DNA of 64,000 nt from an uncultured Gammaproteobacteria bacterium. GTDB lineage: Bacteria > Patescibacteriota > Microgenomatia > Daviesbacterales > UBA10151. The position numbers and the translations under genes were made by a program. The notes beneath the pieces were generated by a model. It did no database searches. It saw only the letters and a program-made list of their open reading frames with translations, and was not told the origin of the DNA. The DNA lies in contig CAYOOO010000002.1 of NCBI GenBank assembly GCA_964405655.1, forward strand, positions 2,022-66,021, given 5' to 3'. Positions within the stretch are counted from its first letter, which is position 1. The number at the start of each line of letters is the position of its first letter. Positions 27,765-38,022 of the stretch are shown one piece after another.

Positions 27765-28580
27765 TTAAAGTTTAGTTATCTGCAAAAAGTCTAGCTCCAC
27801 AGGTGTTTCTCTACCAAAGATGGAAACTAAGACTCTGACCTTGCCTTTTTCCTTATCAACTGTATCAACTTTGCCTATAAATTCTGAAAAAGGACCATCA
27901 ATAATTTTGACTGTGTCATTTGGTAAGAAAACATCTTTAAAAGTAGCAGGAGCACCCTGGCTCATGAAGGTCACAATAGACTTAACCTCTGATTCAGGGA
28001 TAGAGGTAGGTTTGTTACCAATTCCTACAAAGGAGGTAACACCTGGGGTGGTTCTTACAGCCAGCCAGGAGGTATCATCTAAGATCATCTTAACCAAGAT
28101 ATAGCCTGGGAAGATTTTTTCTTTAATCTGCTCCTTTTTACCTGCTCTAATCTCAATTTTGTCTTGAGTTGGGACTAAGATATCTAAAATTTTATGCTCC
28201 AAGTGTTCAGATTCAATTTTCTGTTTTAGATTAGCTAAAACTTTGTTCTCATGACCAGAGTAAGTATGAACCACATACCACTTAGCTTTATCAGACTCGC
28301 TTGATGGAGAAGAAGGTGCTGATCGGGTTGGGGTGGTAGGCTCATCTGTTTCTTGCTCATCGTTGTCCATGGAAGCTCCTGCTTCAGCGGGTTCTTGGTC
28401 TGTGGCCGATTCGTCGATTTGTTCCTCTTTACTATCAATCTGCTCTTCAGCTTTTGTTCCTTGTTCAGGAACTTCTGGCTGCTCAGCTTCGCTAATTGTT
28501 TTGCCTGATTCAGACTCAGCATCTTTTAGAGCTTCATCTGTTTGTGTATTTTGTTTTTGATCGTTGCTATTATCTGCCAT
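27765..28580 (-). CDS. nusG: transcription antiterminator NusG with an ~95-aa acidic N-terminal extension
   Basis: NGN and KOW core (KWYVVHTYSGHENKV ... GKVRVLVSIFGRETPVELDF). The extension is D/E/Q/S-rich. Confidence 0.88.
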   Translation of the reverse strand: MADNSNDQKQNTQTDEALKDAESESGKTISEAEQPEVPEQGTKAEEQIDSKEEQIDESATDQEPAEAGASMDNDEQETDEPTTPTRSAPSSPSSESDKAKWYVVHTYSGHENKVLANLKQKIESEHLEHKILDILVPTQDKIEIRAGKKEQIKEKIFPGYILVKMILDDTSWLAVRTTPGVTSFVGIGNKPTSIPESEVKSIVTFMSQGAPATFKDVFLPNDTVKIIDGPFSEFIGKVDTVDKEKGKVRVLVSIFGRETPVELDFLQITKL

Positions 28581-28667
28581 ATTTACCTTTTTTCTCCAAT
28601 CAGTCTCCGCCAGCTGGCGGATCCTGTTGGCGGAATCGATTTTTCTTCAAATACGATTAAGTTTTAA

Positions 28668-28853
28668 TTACCTGTTGATTATCAAGTCAGTAAGTTGAGT
28701 CAACAAGTAGTCGATTCCACCAATAAAAAAGCCTACAGTAATGGTAACAATAACAACCATTATTGTAAGCTTAATTGTCTGTTGCCTAGAAGGCCAGACA
28801 ACTTTTGATAATTCTACCCTAACTTCTTTTAAAAAATCAAGTGCTTTCTTCAT
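28668..28853 (-). CDS. secE: preprotein translocase subunit SecE
   Basis: 61 aa with a single TM helix. N-terminus ... VRVELSKVVWPSRQQ ... is typical of SecE. Confidence 0.8.
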   Translation of the reverse strand: MKKALDFLKEVRVELSKVVWPSRQQTIKLTIMVVIVTITVGFFIGGIDYLLTQLTDLIINR

Positions 28854-28926
28854 AGTTTAATGATTGTAAATCATATCATATTGAACCTCAAGTTCCTAAG
28901 ATGTATATTGCAGGTGTTTAAAGTTT

Positions 28927-29334
28927 ATGCACAAACATTTAGCGATATTCTCAAAAGATGCTATAAAGCAGATATTTTCCGGTAAAAAAAGCTGGGAAAG
29001 CAGGTTTTCGCAAAAGAAGATTGCCCCGTTTGCTACTGTCTCAGTGGGAGACATAGTCTTTATCAAGCCTCCAGGAGAGGATATTCTAGGTCAATTTAGG
29101 GTTAAGAAGGTGATTTACTTTGAAGGACTTGATGATAAAGATTGGGAGGTGATTAAAGCCTATTTTACTAATAGTCTTTCCTTTGGTACTAAAAGAAAAG
29201 ATAAAGATTACTTCACTAGTAAAAAAAGTGCTAAATTTGGAACACTGCTTGCCATAGATAGAGTAGAGCAGTTTATTACATCTCCAGTTAAAATTCCCAA
29301 AAAGGATCTTAGAGGCTGGGTAGTGTTAGATTAG
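28927..29334 (+). CDS. ASCH-domain (PUA-like) protein
   Basis: FSGKKSWESRF ... ATVSVGDIVFIK matches the ASCH domain pattern. Confidence 0.55.
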   Translation: MHKHLAIFSKDAIKQIFSGKKSWESRFSQKKIAPFATVSVGDIVFIKPPGEDILGQFRVKKVIYFEGLDDKDWEVIKAYFTNSLSFGTKRKDKDYFTSKKSAKFGTLLAIDRVEQFITSPVKIPKKDLRGWVVLD

Positions 29335-29813
29335 AATGGATTAAAATTAGTCAGCTTGTGAAGGATTCTGTAGCGGACAATTCTGGCTTTAAAGCTATCT
29401 AAACTTGTTTTCCCATCTTGATCTGTTGTTTCAATATTTATGGTATATCTACCTTCTTGTAGTGAGCTAGGTACTAAATAGCTCCAGTTGCCAGCTGAGT
29501 CAGCTGAGGTTTGAGCTTTGATATTACCTGGATTAAAAGTTAAGCTAACTTGGGAGTTTGAAGCTGTGCTACCAGCAATTGTGTCTCCTAACCTGATAAT
29601 TCTAACCTTCTTCTTATTAATAACCGAAACTTGATGAGTAGCAGGATGAAAGTCATAATAGATTGCATCTTTGTAGATAAAAATCAGTATTAATAACTCT
29701 AAAAGGATTGCTACTAAAAGACTGGTGATGATTTGTTTTCTACTGAATTTGATAGATTTATACCTGTCTCCTAGTCTTAAAGCTTGAGGTAAAGTAATTT
29801 CCATTAAATTCAC
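29331..29813 (-). CDS. hypothetical membrane-anchored protein
   Basis: 160 aa with an N-terminal TM helix and a beta-rich remainder. Confidence 0.45.
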   Translation of the reverse strand: MNLMEITLPQALRLGDRYKSIKFSRKQIITSLLVAILLELLILIFIYKDAIYYDFHPATHQVSVINKKKVRIIRLGDTIAGSTASNSQVSLTFNPGNIKAQTSADSAGNWSYLVPSSLQEGRYTINIETTDQDGKTSLDSFKARIVRYRILHKLTNFNPF

Positions 29814-29852
29814 TATACCCAGAGACTAAAAATATTGTCAACTTTATTACTC

Positions 29853-32183
29853 TTAAGGATTTGGAGGTATTACTGGTGGTGGTTGGTCAGTAGTAAAGGT
29901 TGAAAATGGATCAGTAAATGTGATTGATTCCTTGGAGTCTGATTCTTTATCTTTTTTCCTGGCAAAACCGACTATGCTTTTGCTTGGGTTGCCTGAGATA
30001 ACTAAATCTTTTTTACCATCAACCATTGCCTCTGTTACATCATCAGGTTTTTGAAAAGCTAAGTTATCTCTTCCTTGTAGAAGGTTGGTCATGATTCTGT
30101 TCCAGATAGGCGAAGCACCGGTGATACCCGAGGAAAGTTGGGGGTTCATAGGTGAATTATCATTATTACCAACCCAAACTCCCACCACAATCTCAGGTGT
30201 AAAGCCAAAATTCGAGTGTTTTTTTTTTTCATTACTTTTGCCTGTTTTGACCGCTACAGTATGTCCAGAGATATTTAACAGGGAATTGGGACCAAAGGCT
30301 GGGGTCCGGGCTTTATTGTCTGTTAGGATATTTGTGATCATATAAGCTATACCTTGGGGTAATACTCTCTTGCCAGCAATATTAGAGTTATCCTCCAAAA
30401 TTACACCCTTAGAATCAGTAATCTTTAAAATAGGCTGAGCATCGAATCTGACACCCAATTGTGAGAAAGTCCCATACATGGTCATCATATCTATCAGTTT
30501 TACTTCACCAGCACCAAGGGTTAGAGAGAGCCCATAACGGTCAGTATGGGTGAAGGTAGTAATCCCTAGATCCTGGGCAGTTTTGATCATATTTGGAATT
30601 CCAATTATAGCCAGCATCTTGACTGCTGGAACATTGTAGGAGGAGCCTAAGGCTGTTCTAATAGAAACAGGTCCATGGAACTTACCATCATAGTTGACTG
30701 GAGTATAAACTTCCCAATCATTTTTAAAGACAACTGGTGTATCAAGTAAGGTATTTCCAGGACTATAACCTTGTTTAAAGGCTGTTGCATATGTCGCGGG
30801 TTTAATTGACGAGCCTGGTTGACGCAGGGCTAAAGCGACATTAAAGTTACCATCTTTTGGATCAAAGTAGTCCTTGCTACCAACCATGGCCAGTATCTGG
30901 CCTGTTTTGGCATCTGTCACCATAGCAGCTCCATTTGTGACGTTTAAGTTAGCCAATCTTTCAACCTCTTCTTTGACTACCTGCTCAGCCATTTCTTGAG
31001 TTTTTAGATCCAAAGTAGTGATAACTTTTAGCCCCCCTTGTGAGACCATTTTTGCTCCATACCTTTGAGTCAAGAAGTCTCTTATGTACATCACAAAGTG
31101 AGGGGCTAAAATTGGTTGGTTGGGGGAGTTAATAACCAACTCCTGCTTATAAGCTTCATCAGCCTCTTTCTTGCTGATATAGCCATCCTCAACCATCCGC
31201 TCAAGGACCTGCCACTGTCTTTTCTTACCAGCTTGAGGATTTGTTCCATAAGGAGAAAGATTAGTTGGCGAGGCTGGCAGCCCTGCCAGATAAGCACTCT
31301 CTGCTAAGTTTAGATCCCCAGCATTTTTGCCAAAGTAGGTCTGGGCTGCAGCAGCAATCCCGACTGATGTACCTCCATAAGGAATTTCGTTAAAGTACAT
31401 CTGCAAAATTTGATCTTTAGTAAAAATCCTTTCAGCCCAAAAAGAAAGAATAATCTCTTTAAGTTTTCTTTTGACTGTCCGATCAGGAGTAAGTAAAGTA
31501 TTTTTGATTAGCTGCTGGGTAATTGTTGACCCTCCCTGGATCTCTTTATCTTTGATATAGGCCATAATTGCTCTGGAGATACCAAAAAAATCTACTCCAG
31601 AATGAGCATAAAAGTTCTTATCTTCAATTGAGATGGTAGCTTGGACCAGATGAGAAGGCAGATCTTCTAGTTTAACTAAGCTACGGTTTTTCCCCTCATA
31701 GAATCGATAAAGTAAGATATTATTCCGATCATAAACCTCAGTTGTAACTGGTTGATTTAGATCTTTGATTTTGGCAGGTGATGGCAACTCACTGGCAATT
31801 TCAATTAGGAAAAAAGAATAGAAGAAAAATCCTAGCAGGATAACTGTCAAAACTATAGCAATCCGAATAGGTGAAGGGATAAACTTTTTAAAGACCTTGC
31901 TACTTTTTTTGAACAAGACTCCTAATGGACTCCTTTTTTTAACTTTCTTCTTTTTCTGCTTAAACTTAAAAAACTTAAATGCAGGAAGATTAATTTTTAT
32001 GCCGGTCTTTAAACTATTGAAAACTAATTTATGTAAAAAAAGGAAAATGGATATTAGTATTTTTAGAAAAGTTTTAAATAGTAGGGAAGTTTTCTTACCT
32101 AAATTATTGAGTATCCAAAGTGATAGGAGTATAGGGAGCAGTACATGTTTATTCGCAGAAAAGCTCTGCTTATTCTTGGTCAT
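29853..32183 (-). CDS. mrcA: penicillin-binding protein 1A (bifunctional transglycosylase/transpeptidase)
   Basis: GT51 motifs (EDKNFYAHSGVD, GGSTITQQL). Transpeptidase motifs SSIKP, SYN and KTGKS. Confidence 0.88.
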   Translation of the reverse strand: MTKNKQSFSANKHVLLPILLSLWILNNLGKKTSLLFKTFLKILISIFLFLHKLVFNSLKTGIKINLPAFKFFKFKQKKKKVKKRSPLGVLFKKSSKVFKKFIPSPIRIAIVLTVILLGFFFYSFFLIEIASELPSPAKIKDLNQPVTTEVYDRNNILLYRFYEGKNRSLVKLEDLPSHLVQATISIEDKNFYAHSGVDFFGISRAIMAYIKDKEIQGGSTITQQLIKNTLLTPDRTVKRKLKEIILSFWAERIFTKDQILQMYFNEIPYGGTSVGIAAAAQTYFGKNAGDLNLAESAYLAGLPASPTNLSPYGTNPQAGKKRQWQVLERMVEDGYISKKEADEAYKQELVINSPNQPILAPHFVMYIRDFLTQRYGAKMVSQGGLKVITTLDLKTQEMAEQVVKEEVERLANLNVTNGAAMVTDAKTGQILAMVGSKDYFDPKDGNFNVALALRQPGSSIKPATYATAFKQGYSPGNTLLDTPVVFKNDWEVYTPVNYDGKFHGPVSIRTALGSSYNVPAVKMLAIIGIPNMIKTAQDLGITTFTHTDRYGLSLTLGAGEVKLIDMMTMYGTFSQLGVRFDAQPILKITDSKGVILEDNSNIAGKRVLPQGIAYMITNILTDNKARTPAFGPNSLLNISGHTVAVKTGKSNEKKKHSNFGFTPEIVVGVWVGNNDNSPMNPQLSSGITGASPIWNRIMTNLLQGRDNLAFQKPDDVTEAMVDGKKDLVISGNPSKSIVGFARKKDKESDSKESITFTDPFSTFTTDQPPPVIPPNP

Positions 32184-32469
32184 GTCCTATAATCGCAGAT
32201 TACATCTGCTCTTGTATCTTATAGCAAGATATAATCTCAAGTGGAACATTTTTCAACCTCTCTTCTTTTTAAAGCTAAAAAAGGACACTTTGTTTAAACC
32301 TGGCAACATTTTAGTCCACAATTTAGCTAAAGAAAAGTATTATTAAATATATCAAAATCTATCAATTTAATTTTTTTCATAAAAATTTGTAAAATAGACA
32401 ATCAATTAATTGTAGCTTATTAACACTATATTTTTTATCTATAGGATTTTAATAGCCAAAAGGAGAGTT

Positions 32470-33834
32470 TTAAGTGATTTCGATTTCTTCTTTGATTAAA
32501 GGTTTCCGGCCATCGTGAGAAACTTCTGGATAAAGCACTTCATCAGCCTTAACTGTATGACCTAAAAATCTGAGTAAGTAGTGATAGATACCATTATTTT
32601 TAATAATCTCTTTATAGACATAAGCAGATGGTCTGACAGTTCTTTTTTGAGTTTTAAAATCTACCTCTACTAAACCAAACCTAGCCTCAAATCCTTCCAC
32701 CCACTCATAGTTATCTATAAGACTCCAATGAAAGTACCCTCTGACATCTGCACCAGATTGGATAGCATGGTAAACCTCCTTAAGGTAAGCAATTAGGAAG
32801 CGGCAACGTCTGTCATCATTAGTTGAAGCTAATCCATTTTCAGTTATATAAATAGGTAAATGGTAATCAGAAAAATCCATTAAAATATCAAATATCCCTT
32901 CAGGATAAATCTCCCACCCCATGTCTGAAAGATCTTTCTGGGTTTCCGAAACGTTTATAAGCGAGGGTAATTTGGCGTGTTCGCCGTTAAAACTAATGTA
33001 ATTATTGAAATAGTAATTTATACCCAAAAAATCATGGGTCTTCTTACCCGTTAAAAAGTAAAAGGAGTGATTGTATAAAATATCCAAAATCCACTCAGCA
33101 ATACTTTCCCTGATTGAGTGGTGGTGAAAAGCATCAAAAGAATTGATATTTTGAGCTATGCCAACTTTAGCGCTAGGAATAATTTCATGGATTAATTGAT
33201 AAGATTTCTTATGTGCTTGAGCTAGGTTCCAGTAAGCCTTAAGAAGTTTTGACTTGCTTTTTACATTAGGAGGAAACTTACCTTTATAGAAAGCATCAAC
33301 CGCATAACCTCCTGGTTCATTTAGTGTTATCCATAAATCCACATAGTCTTTTATCTCCGGAACTACTTTTTTTAAAAACCTCTCAAAATAAGAAACAGTC
33401 TTGCCGTTTGCCCAACCTCCAGTTTTGGCAACCCAAAGAGGCAAAGTAAAGTGCCAAAGAGTCAACATAACTATCAGATCCCGCTCCTTTAAAGCCTTTA
33501 GAACTTTTTTATAGTGGTCAATTGCTTCTTGATTAAACTGTCCCTCAGTTGGCTCAATTCTTGACCACTCAAGACTAAGCCTATGGGAGTTGTGGCCTAA
33601 TTTTTTGATCAGCTCAAAATCACTAGCAAACCTGTTATACTGATCACAAGCTTCAAGGGAACGTTTATCCTCTGGTTGGGTTCTTTGCTCCCATTCCCAC
33701 CAGTCATTATTTATATTATTCCCCTCTACTTGATGGGCAGAAGCAGCTGCTCCCCAGAGAAAATTTTTGGGGAAAAACAGGGTAGCATGATCATGTTTTT
33801 CTTTAGGTGGATCGTCAGTCATGGCGAAATACAA
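32470..33834 (-). CDS. glycoside hydrolase family 1 beta-glucosidase
   Basis: LNEP acid/base motif and the ITENG nucleophile motif. Confidence 0.85.
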   Translation of the reverse strand: MYFAMTDDPPKEKHDHATLFFPKNFLWGAAASAHQVEGNNINNDWWEWEQRTQPEDKRSLEACDQYNRFASDFELIKKLGHNSHRLSLEWSRIEPTEGQFNQEAIDHYKKVLKALKERDLIVMLTLWHFTLPLWVAKTGGWANGKTVSYFERFLKKVVPEIKDYVDLWITLNEPGGYAVDAFYKGKFPPNVKSKSKLLKAYWNLAQAHKKSYQLIHEIIPSAKVGIAQNINSFDAFHHHSIRESIAEWILDILYNHSFYFLTGKKTHDFLGINYYFNNYISFNGEHAKLPSLINVSETQKDLSDMGWEIYPEGIFDILMDFSDYHLPIYITENGLASTNDDRRCRFLIAYLKEVYHAIQSGADVRGYFHWSLIDNYEWVEGFEARFGLVEVDFKTQKRTVRPSAYVYKEIIKNNGIYHYLLRFLGHTVKADEVLYPEVSHDGRKPLIKEEIEIT

Positions 33835-34346
33835 TAATTATAGCCATAATTTGGTATACCTGTTAGCTGGGTGGCATCACAAGCAGAGGTGTTTTGCCCG
33901 CTATTTTCAATTTTAGCGTATAGGGTATATTTTGATTCGTCAGTTCCTTTTCTATAGTAGTAACAAACATTAGTTGAAGAGGCCGGAGCACCTGAGTTAA
34001 AAAGAGGATCTTCTGGAACTGAATTGATATAGTTTGGAGGTAGTCCGCTTAAAATAGTAGAAACACAATTTGCTGATCCTGTACTATAACTACTAGCATC
34101 TGGTGGATGGGTTTTTTTAATCTGATAATAAATTTCCAAAGCATTAGCCAAAGAGGCTAGATCCTGTTTTCTACGGCTGTCTCGGCCAGTTGATTGTGCT
34201 TGGGAATAAGAGACAAATCCAATTGAGGCAATGATAGCAATAATGGTAATTGAGATTAAAAGCTCAATTAAAGTGAAACCGTAGTTTCCTTTAAGAGCCT
34301 TGCTCATTAAAGTGAAACCATTCTTTCTTTGGACAGTTTTGGACAT
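33819..34346 (-). CDS. type IV pilin/pseudopilin (prepilin N-terminal methylation domain)
   Basis: GFTLIELLISITIIAIIA is the class III signal and cleavage site. Confidence 0.75.
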   Translation of the reverse strand: MSKTVQRKNGFTLMSKALKGNYGFTLIELLISITIIAIIASIGFVSYSQAQSTGRDSRRKQDLASLANALEIYYQIKKTHPPDASSYSTGSANCVSTILSGLPPNYINSVPEDPLFNSGAPASSTNVCYYYRKGTDESKYTLYAKIENSGQNTSACDATQLTGIPNYGYNYCISP

Positions 34347-34407
34347 AACTAAATCTATTCTAAAACTTATCTAGCCGAATCGTCCAGTAGAAGCTTCTTT
34401 CTTTCAA

Positions 34408-36336
34408 CTAAGTTTGAATATTTTGTAGAAGTGGTGAAAAGAGGCTTTTGACAACTTTAGATAATCTTTCAGTTGGTATAGAAGCTTTTTTCTCAGAGCC
34501 GTAAACTTCTGCTTGTTTAAGATTCAAGGCTGAATTAATTAGCCCAAGATGAGTAAAGGCTTGGGGAAAGTTACCTAAATGAATTTTTTTAACAGGATCA
34601 AACTCCTCAGCATATAAGCCTAGTGGTGAGGCGTCATGAATAATTTTGTCCATCCAGACATTAGCCTCATCAACTCTCCCTAGTAGACTTAAAACATCAA
34701 TTAACCAAAAAGTTGAGAGGAAAAATGGACTTTCACCTTGTTTAGTCCAATCTTTTTGGTCAGCAGTTCTTAAAACAAACCAGTCAACTACCAAGTTTCT
34801 CATAATATTATCAATAGTTGAGATGATTCTTTGATCACTGGCTTCTAACATACCTGTTAAAGCGATATTTAAAGTGCTGGTGTCAATTACATCTGAGCGG
34901 TAATAAGCCACAAAAGATTTAACTCTTCTGTTATAACCCTTTTTTAGTATGTCCTGTTTAATTTGGTTTCTAGAATACTGCCAAAAACTTAAGTCAACGT
35001 CTTTAATGTTTAAAGTTTTTGCCAAATTAATACCCCGGTCAACTCCTGCCCAGCACATTAATTTTGAGTAAGTATGATGTTTCTGACCCGATCTTCCTTC
35101 CCAAACACCATCATCTTTTTCCCGCCAGTGAATGCAGCAGTAATCAACCAATTTTTTGATAAAGATTTTGATCTGGTCACTTACATGGCCTCCGGACTCT
35201 ACATAGAGGTTGATTGCGGTCAATACTTCTCCAAAAATATCAAACTGTTTTTGGTTTTCAGCTCCATTACCAACTCTGACAGGTTTTGAACTCATATATC
35301 CGTCCAAGTGACTTAGTTCGATCTCTGTTAACTCTTCCTCGCCTCTGATACCATACATAATCTTTAAGACTGAACCTTCTCTTAAGCAGACAGATTCAAG
35401 CCATTGAATAAATTGCTGGGCTTCTTTAAGATAACCTAATCCCAAGAAGGCATAAACAGTAAATGAGGCATCCCTTAGCCAAGTGTAACGGTAATCCCAG
35501 TTAAACTGCCCACCTACCTTTTCCGGTAAAGAGGTAGTCGGAGAGGCAACAATTGCTCCAGTTGGATTAAAAGTTAAAAGTTTTAAAGCTAAGGCAGATC
35601 TTAAAACCTCTTGCTGGTACTTACCTTGGTATTTACAAATTGATGCCCAGTTTCTCCAAAAGTTAGTAGTCTGAAAGTAGAGCTTAGCCAAAAGGGCATT
35701 AATTCTCTCTTTACTAATTCTTTTGTAAGTATAGTCACTGGGATAAAAATCCAGGGAGAAAAACTCTTGCTCACCTTCTCTGAGTTTAAATTTAACAGTC
35801 ACCAAATCATCTTCAATCTTGACTAAATGATGTTTTTTATGGAGGACAAACTTGAAATTGGAATCTTCTATTACTACCGATCCATTAATCTTAGTAATTT
35901 TTACTTTTCTTCTTGCAAAATCTGGAGTAATTTTAAGTTTTAGCTCAAAGCCGTGATCACCTTTTAAAGCTTTAACCAGTCTAACTATTTTCGGTCCAAA
36001 TTCAGGGATTTGCTGAAGACTTTCGTGTTCTTGGGTCAAAGGCATAAAATCTGTTAAAGAAACGCTACCTTTGGGGTTAAAAAAGAATGTTTTTAAAATA
36101 TTGGTGTTTTGTTTATATTTTTGGTTGGATTGGTAAAATCCAACTGGGGCGATTTTGAAAAAGCCACCTTTCTTACTGTCTAAGAGTTTTAAAAAGTAGG
36201 CTGGGCAATCAAAATCAGGTAAACAACACCAATCAATTGAGCCTTCTGTTGAGATTAAAGCGCAACTTCTACAATCACCAATAATTCCATAATCAGTCAG
36301 TGGGAGGTAAGCTGGGTTGGTAGCAGGCTTATTCAT
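34408..36336 (-). CDS. glycoside hydrolase family 15 (glucoamylase/trehalase-like)
   Basis: N-terminus DYGIIGDCRSCALISTEGSIDWCCLPDFDCPAYF is the GH15-related signature. Confidence 0.75.
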   Translation of the reverse strand: MNKPATNPAYLPLTDYGIIGDCRSCALISTEGSIDWCCLPDFDCPAYFLKLLDSKKGGFFKIAPVGFYQSNQKYKQNTNILKTFFFNPKGSVSLTDFMPLTQEHESLQQIPEFGPKIVRLVKALKGDHGFELKLKITPDFARRKVKITKINGSVVIEDSNFKFVLHKKHHLVKIEDDLVTVKFKLREGEQEFFSLDFYPSDYTYKRISKERINALLAKLYFQTTNFWRNWASICKYQGKYQQEVLRSALALKLLTFNPTGAIVASPTTSLPEKVGGQFNWDYRYTWLRDASFTVYAFLGLGYLKEAQQFIQWLESVCLREGSVLKIMYGIRGEEELTEIELSHLDGYMSSKPVRVGNGAENQKQFDIFGEVLTAINLYVESGGHVSDQIKIFIKKLVDYCCIHWREKDDGVWEGRSGQKHHTYSKLMCWAGVDRGINLAKTLNIKDVDLSFWQYSRNQIKQDILKKGYNRRVKSFVAYYRSDVIDTSTLNIALTGMLEASDQRIISTIDNIMRNLVVDWFVLRTADQKDWTKQGESPFFLSTFWLIDVLSLLGRVDEANVWMDKIIHDASPLGLYAEEFDPVKKIHLGNFPQAFTHLGLINSALNLKQAEVYGSEKKASIPTERLSKVVKSLFSPLLQNIQT

Positions 36337-36462
36337 AGGGGTTATACTACTTTTAGGTTAGCCCAAGCTTGAAGAGTTTGTAAAGACCTAAAGTTGATTA
36401 CCTCAGTGATGTGGCAATCCTACTCCTGAGATTATAGTAGATTGTAAATTCTGAGCCTATAG

Positions 36463-36491
36463 TTGAAAAATTGATCATAAGAGGTTAAAAT
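36463..36491 (+). promoter_or_regulatory. sigma70-like promoter (TTGAAA, 17 nt spacer, TAAAAT) giving a near-leaderless mRNA
   Basis: The -10 element ends 8 nt before the ATG at 36500. No SD is present. Confidence 0.4.
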
Positions 36492-36499
36492 CTAAACTC

Positions 36500-37414
36500 A
36501 TGTCGCAAACAGAAAATCAAGAAGTAGTTCCAAAGGTTGGTTATCATGCATTTTATAATACACCAGGCGCTCTCTACAGAGTTGAGTTGAATCCCCGTAA
36601 ATGTGGGATTGTGTTGAGGCTAGCAGGTTTGACTGAGCAGCAAATAAGACAAAGTAGTATCTTAATCTCTCCTGAAACAAATCCAAGAGAGCAAGGTTTT
36701 CAATTTAGCGGTTATGACGATGAAGAAAAAGAATTTTATTTATACCCAACTACTCTCTGGCAGGCGCTAGATTATTATCGCTCAATTGCTGAATTACTGA
36801 TTACAGGCCAAACAATCTTCTCAAAGATTGATGCTACCGGAACATTTTCTGTGATAAGCAGAATTCAAGTAAGAGCAGATGAACAAAATAGAGCAGAATT
36901 TGACAAAATATTACCAAAAGCTACTGGAGTTCTTATTAGAAAAGATGCCCAAGCTGACTTCTTGACAGCTGTTAGGTCAGAAAAAGATTTAGATAGAGTT
37001 GAATTGATGCTAAAAGCTGGGGTTGAAAGAGTGCTCCTAAGAGAACTGGCAAGGGAAGCCAAGTTGTCTTTGGAGAGCCCACCAACTTTACTTGAAAGAA
37101 GAGCCAGAGAGGCAGTAGCCCGCTTAACCCCTTTTGCAGCAGCGTTCTTGGGAGTATCCATTTTTACAGTGAGTCATCCTTCTCAAGATGCACCAATATG
37201 GGCCCATTTAGCTGATAAAGCAGTTATTACCTACATGTGTTTGTATTTTTATTTGATGAGTAAGAGAATTTCTCCAAAGCTTGCCCAAATCTATAATCCA
37301 AGAGCTAGAAGGGCTGGTAAGTTTGCACAAGAAGTTGAGGTTGATCATCCTGATCTTTATGATCTGGCAAAAATACACCTCCAACCCAAATTAGAGCTTG
37401 ACGACCAGCAGTAG
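36500..37414 (+). CDS. hypothetical protein (304 aa), Arg-rich
   Basis: ORF with ATG start. No family recognised. Confidence 0.5.
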   Translation: MSQTENQEVVPKVGYHAFYNTPGALYRVELNPRKCGIVLRLAGLTEQQIRQSSILISPETNPREQGFQFSGYDDEEKEFYLYPTTLWQALDYYRSIAELLITGQTIFSKIDATGTFSVISRIQVRADEQNRAEFDKILPKATGVLIRKDAQADFLTAVRSEKDLDRVELMLKAGVERVLLRELAREAKLSLESPPTLLERRAREAVARLTPFAAAFLGVSIFTVSHPSQDAPIWAHLADKAVITYMCLYFYLMSKRISPKLAQIYNPRARRAGKFAQEVEVDHPDLYDLAKIHLQPKLELDDQQ

Positions 37415-37425
37415 CTTTCTATTGA

Positions 37426-37929
37426 TTACTCTGTTATTCCAAGTAGAGTTGCACATTCTTTATGAAAATGTAATTCTGCAAGAGTTTTACCGTCATCCAT
37501 TTTCCACCAAACATGATATCCTTTGCGTAGTCCATCGTTATTATCTATATCTAATTCTTTATCACATTGATCACAGGTAAATGCTTTTAATTCTGGTTTT
37601 TTATTCGTAGGCCAAGTGTTTATAATCTCTCTAAACCGTTTAGTTGCTTCGGGTGAGTATATGTATGAGCGTCCAAACATTTCGCGGTTAACAACTTGTC
37701 TTTTCCTTTCGTCAATTTGTATAGAATTATTTTGAAATGCTGGTTCACAAGTATCATTGCACATATGAATTGGAAGTTTATAACCACCAGTATTAACCCA
37801 GTGATACCAGGCTTCATTTTTATATTGTTGGCAATTGGCACAGCGGAAACCCCGGTATTCAGGTTTTTCACTTAAACGCCAGGTTTCAACAATTTTAAGG
37901 AGAACTTTTTGTTCTTCTTCTAAAGTCAT
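37426..37929 (-). CDS. tandem-repeat Cys/His-rich (zinc-ribbon-like) protein
   Basis: Two ~75-aa repeats, each with TW ... KPE ... F-C-x2-C ... H-W ... H-C-x3-C/H. Confidence 0.5.
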   Translation of the reverse strand: MTLEEEQKVLLKIVETWRLSEKPEYRGFRCANCQQYKNEAWYHWVNTGGYKLPIHMCNDTCEPAFQNNSIQIDERKRQVVNREMFGRSYIYSPEATKRFREIINTWPTNKKPELKAFTCDQCDKELDIDNNDGLRKGYHVWWKMDDGKTLAELHFHKECATLLGITE

Positions 37930-38022
37930 ATCAGAAGCAGTATATCAAATAATGCTTTGAGCAAGAATTGGATGAGAGTTCAGGTAGAATTGGCTGACCC
38001 TAGTAAACTATGTTAGAAATTA

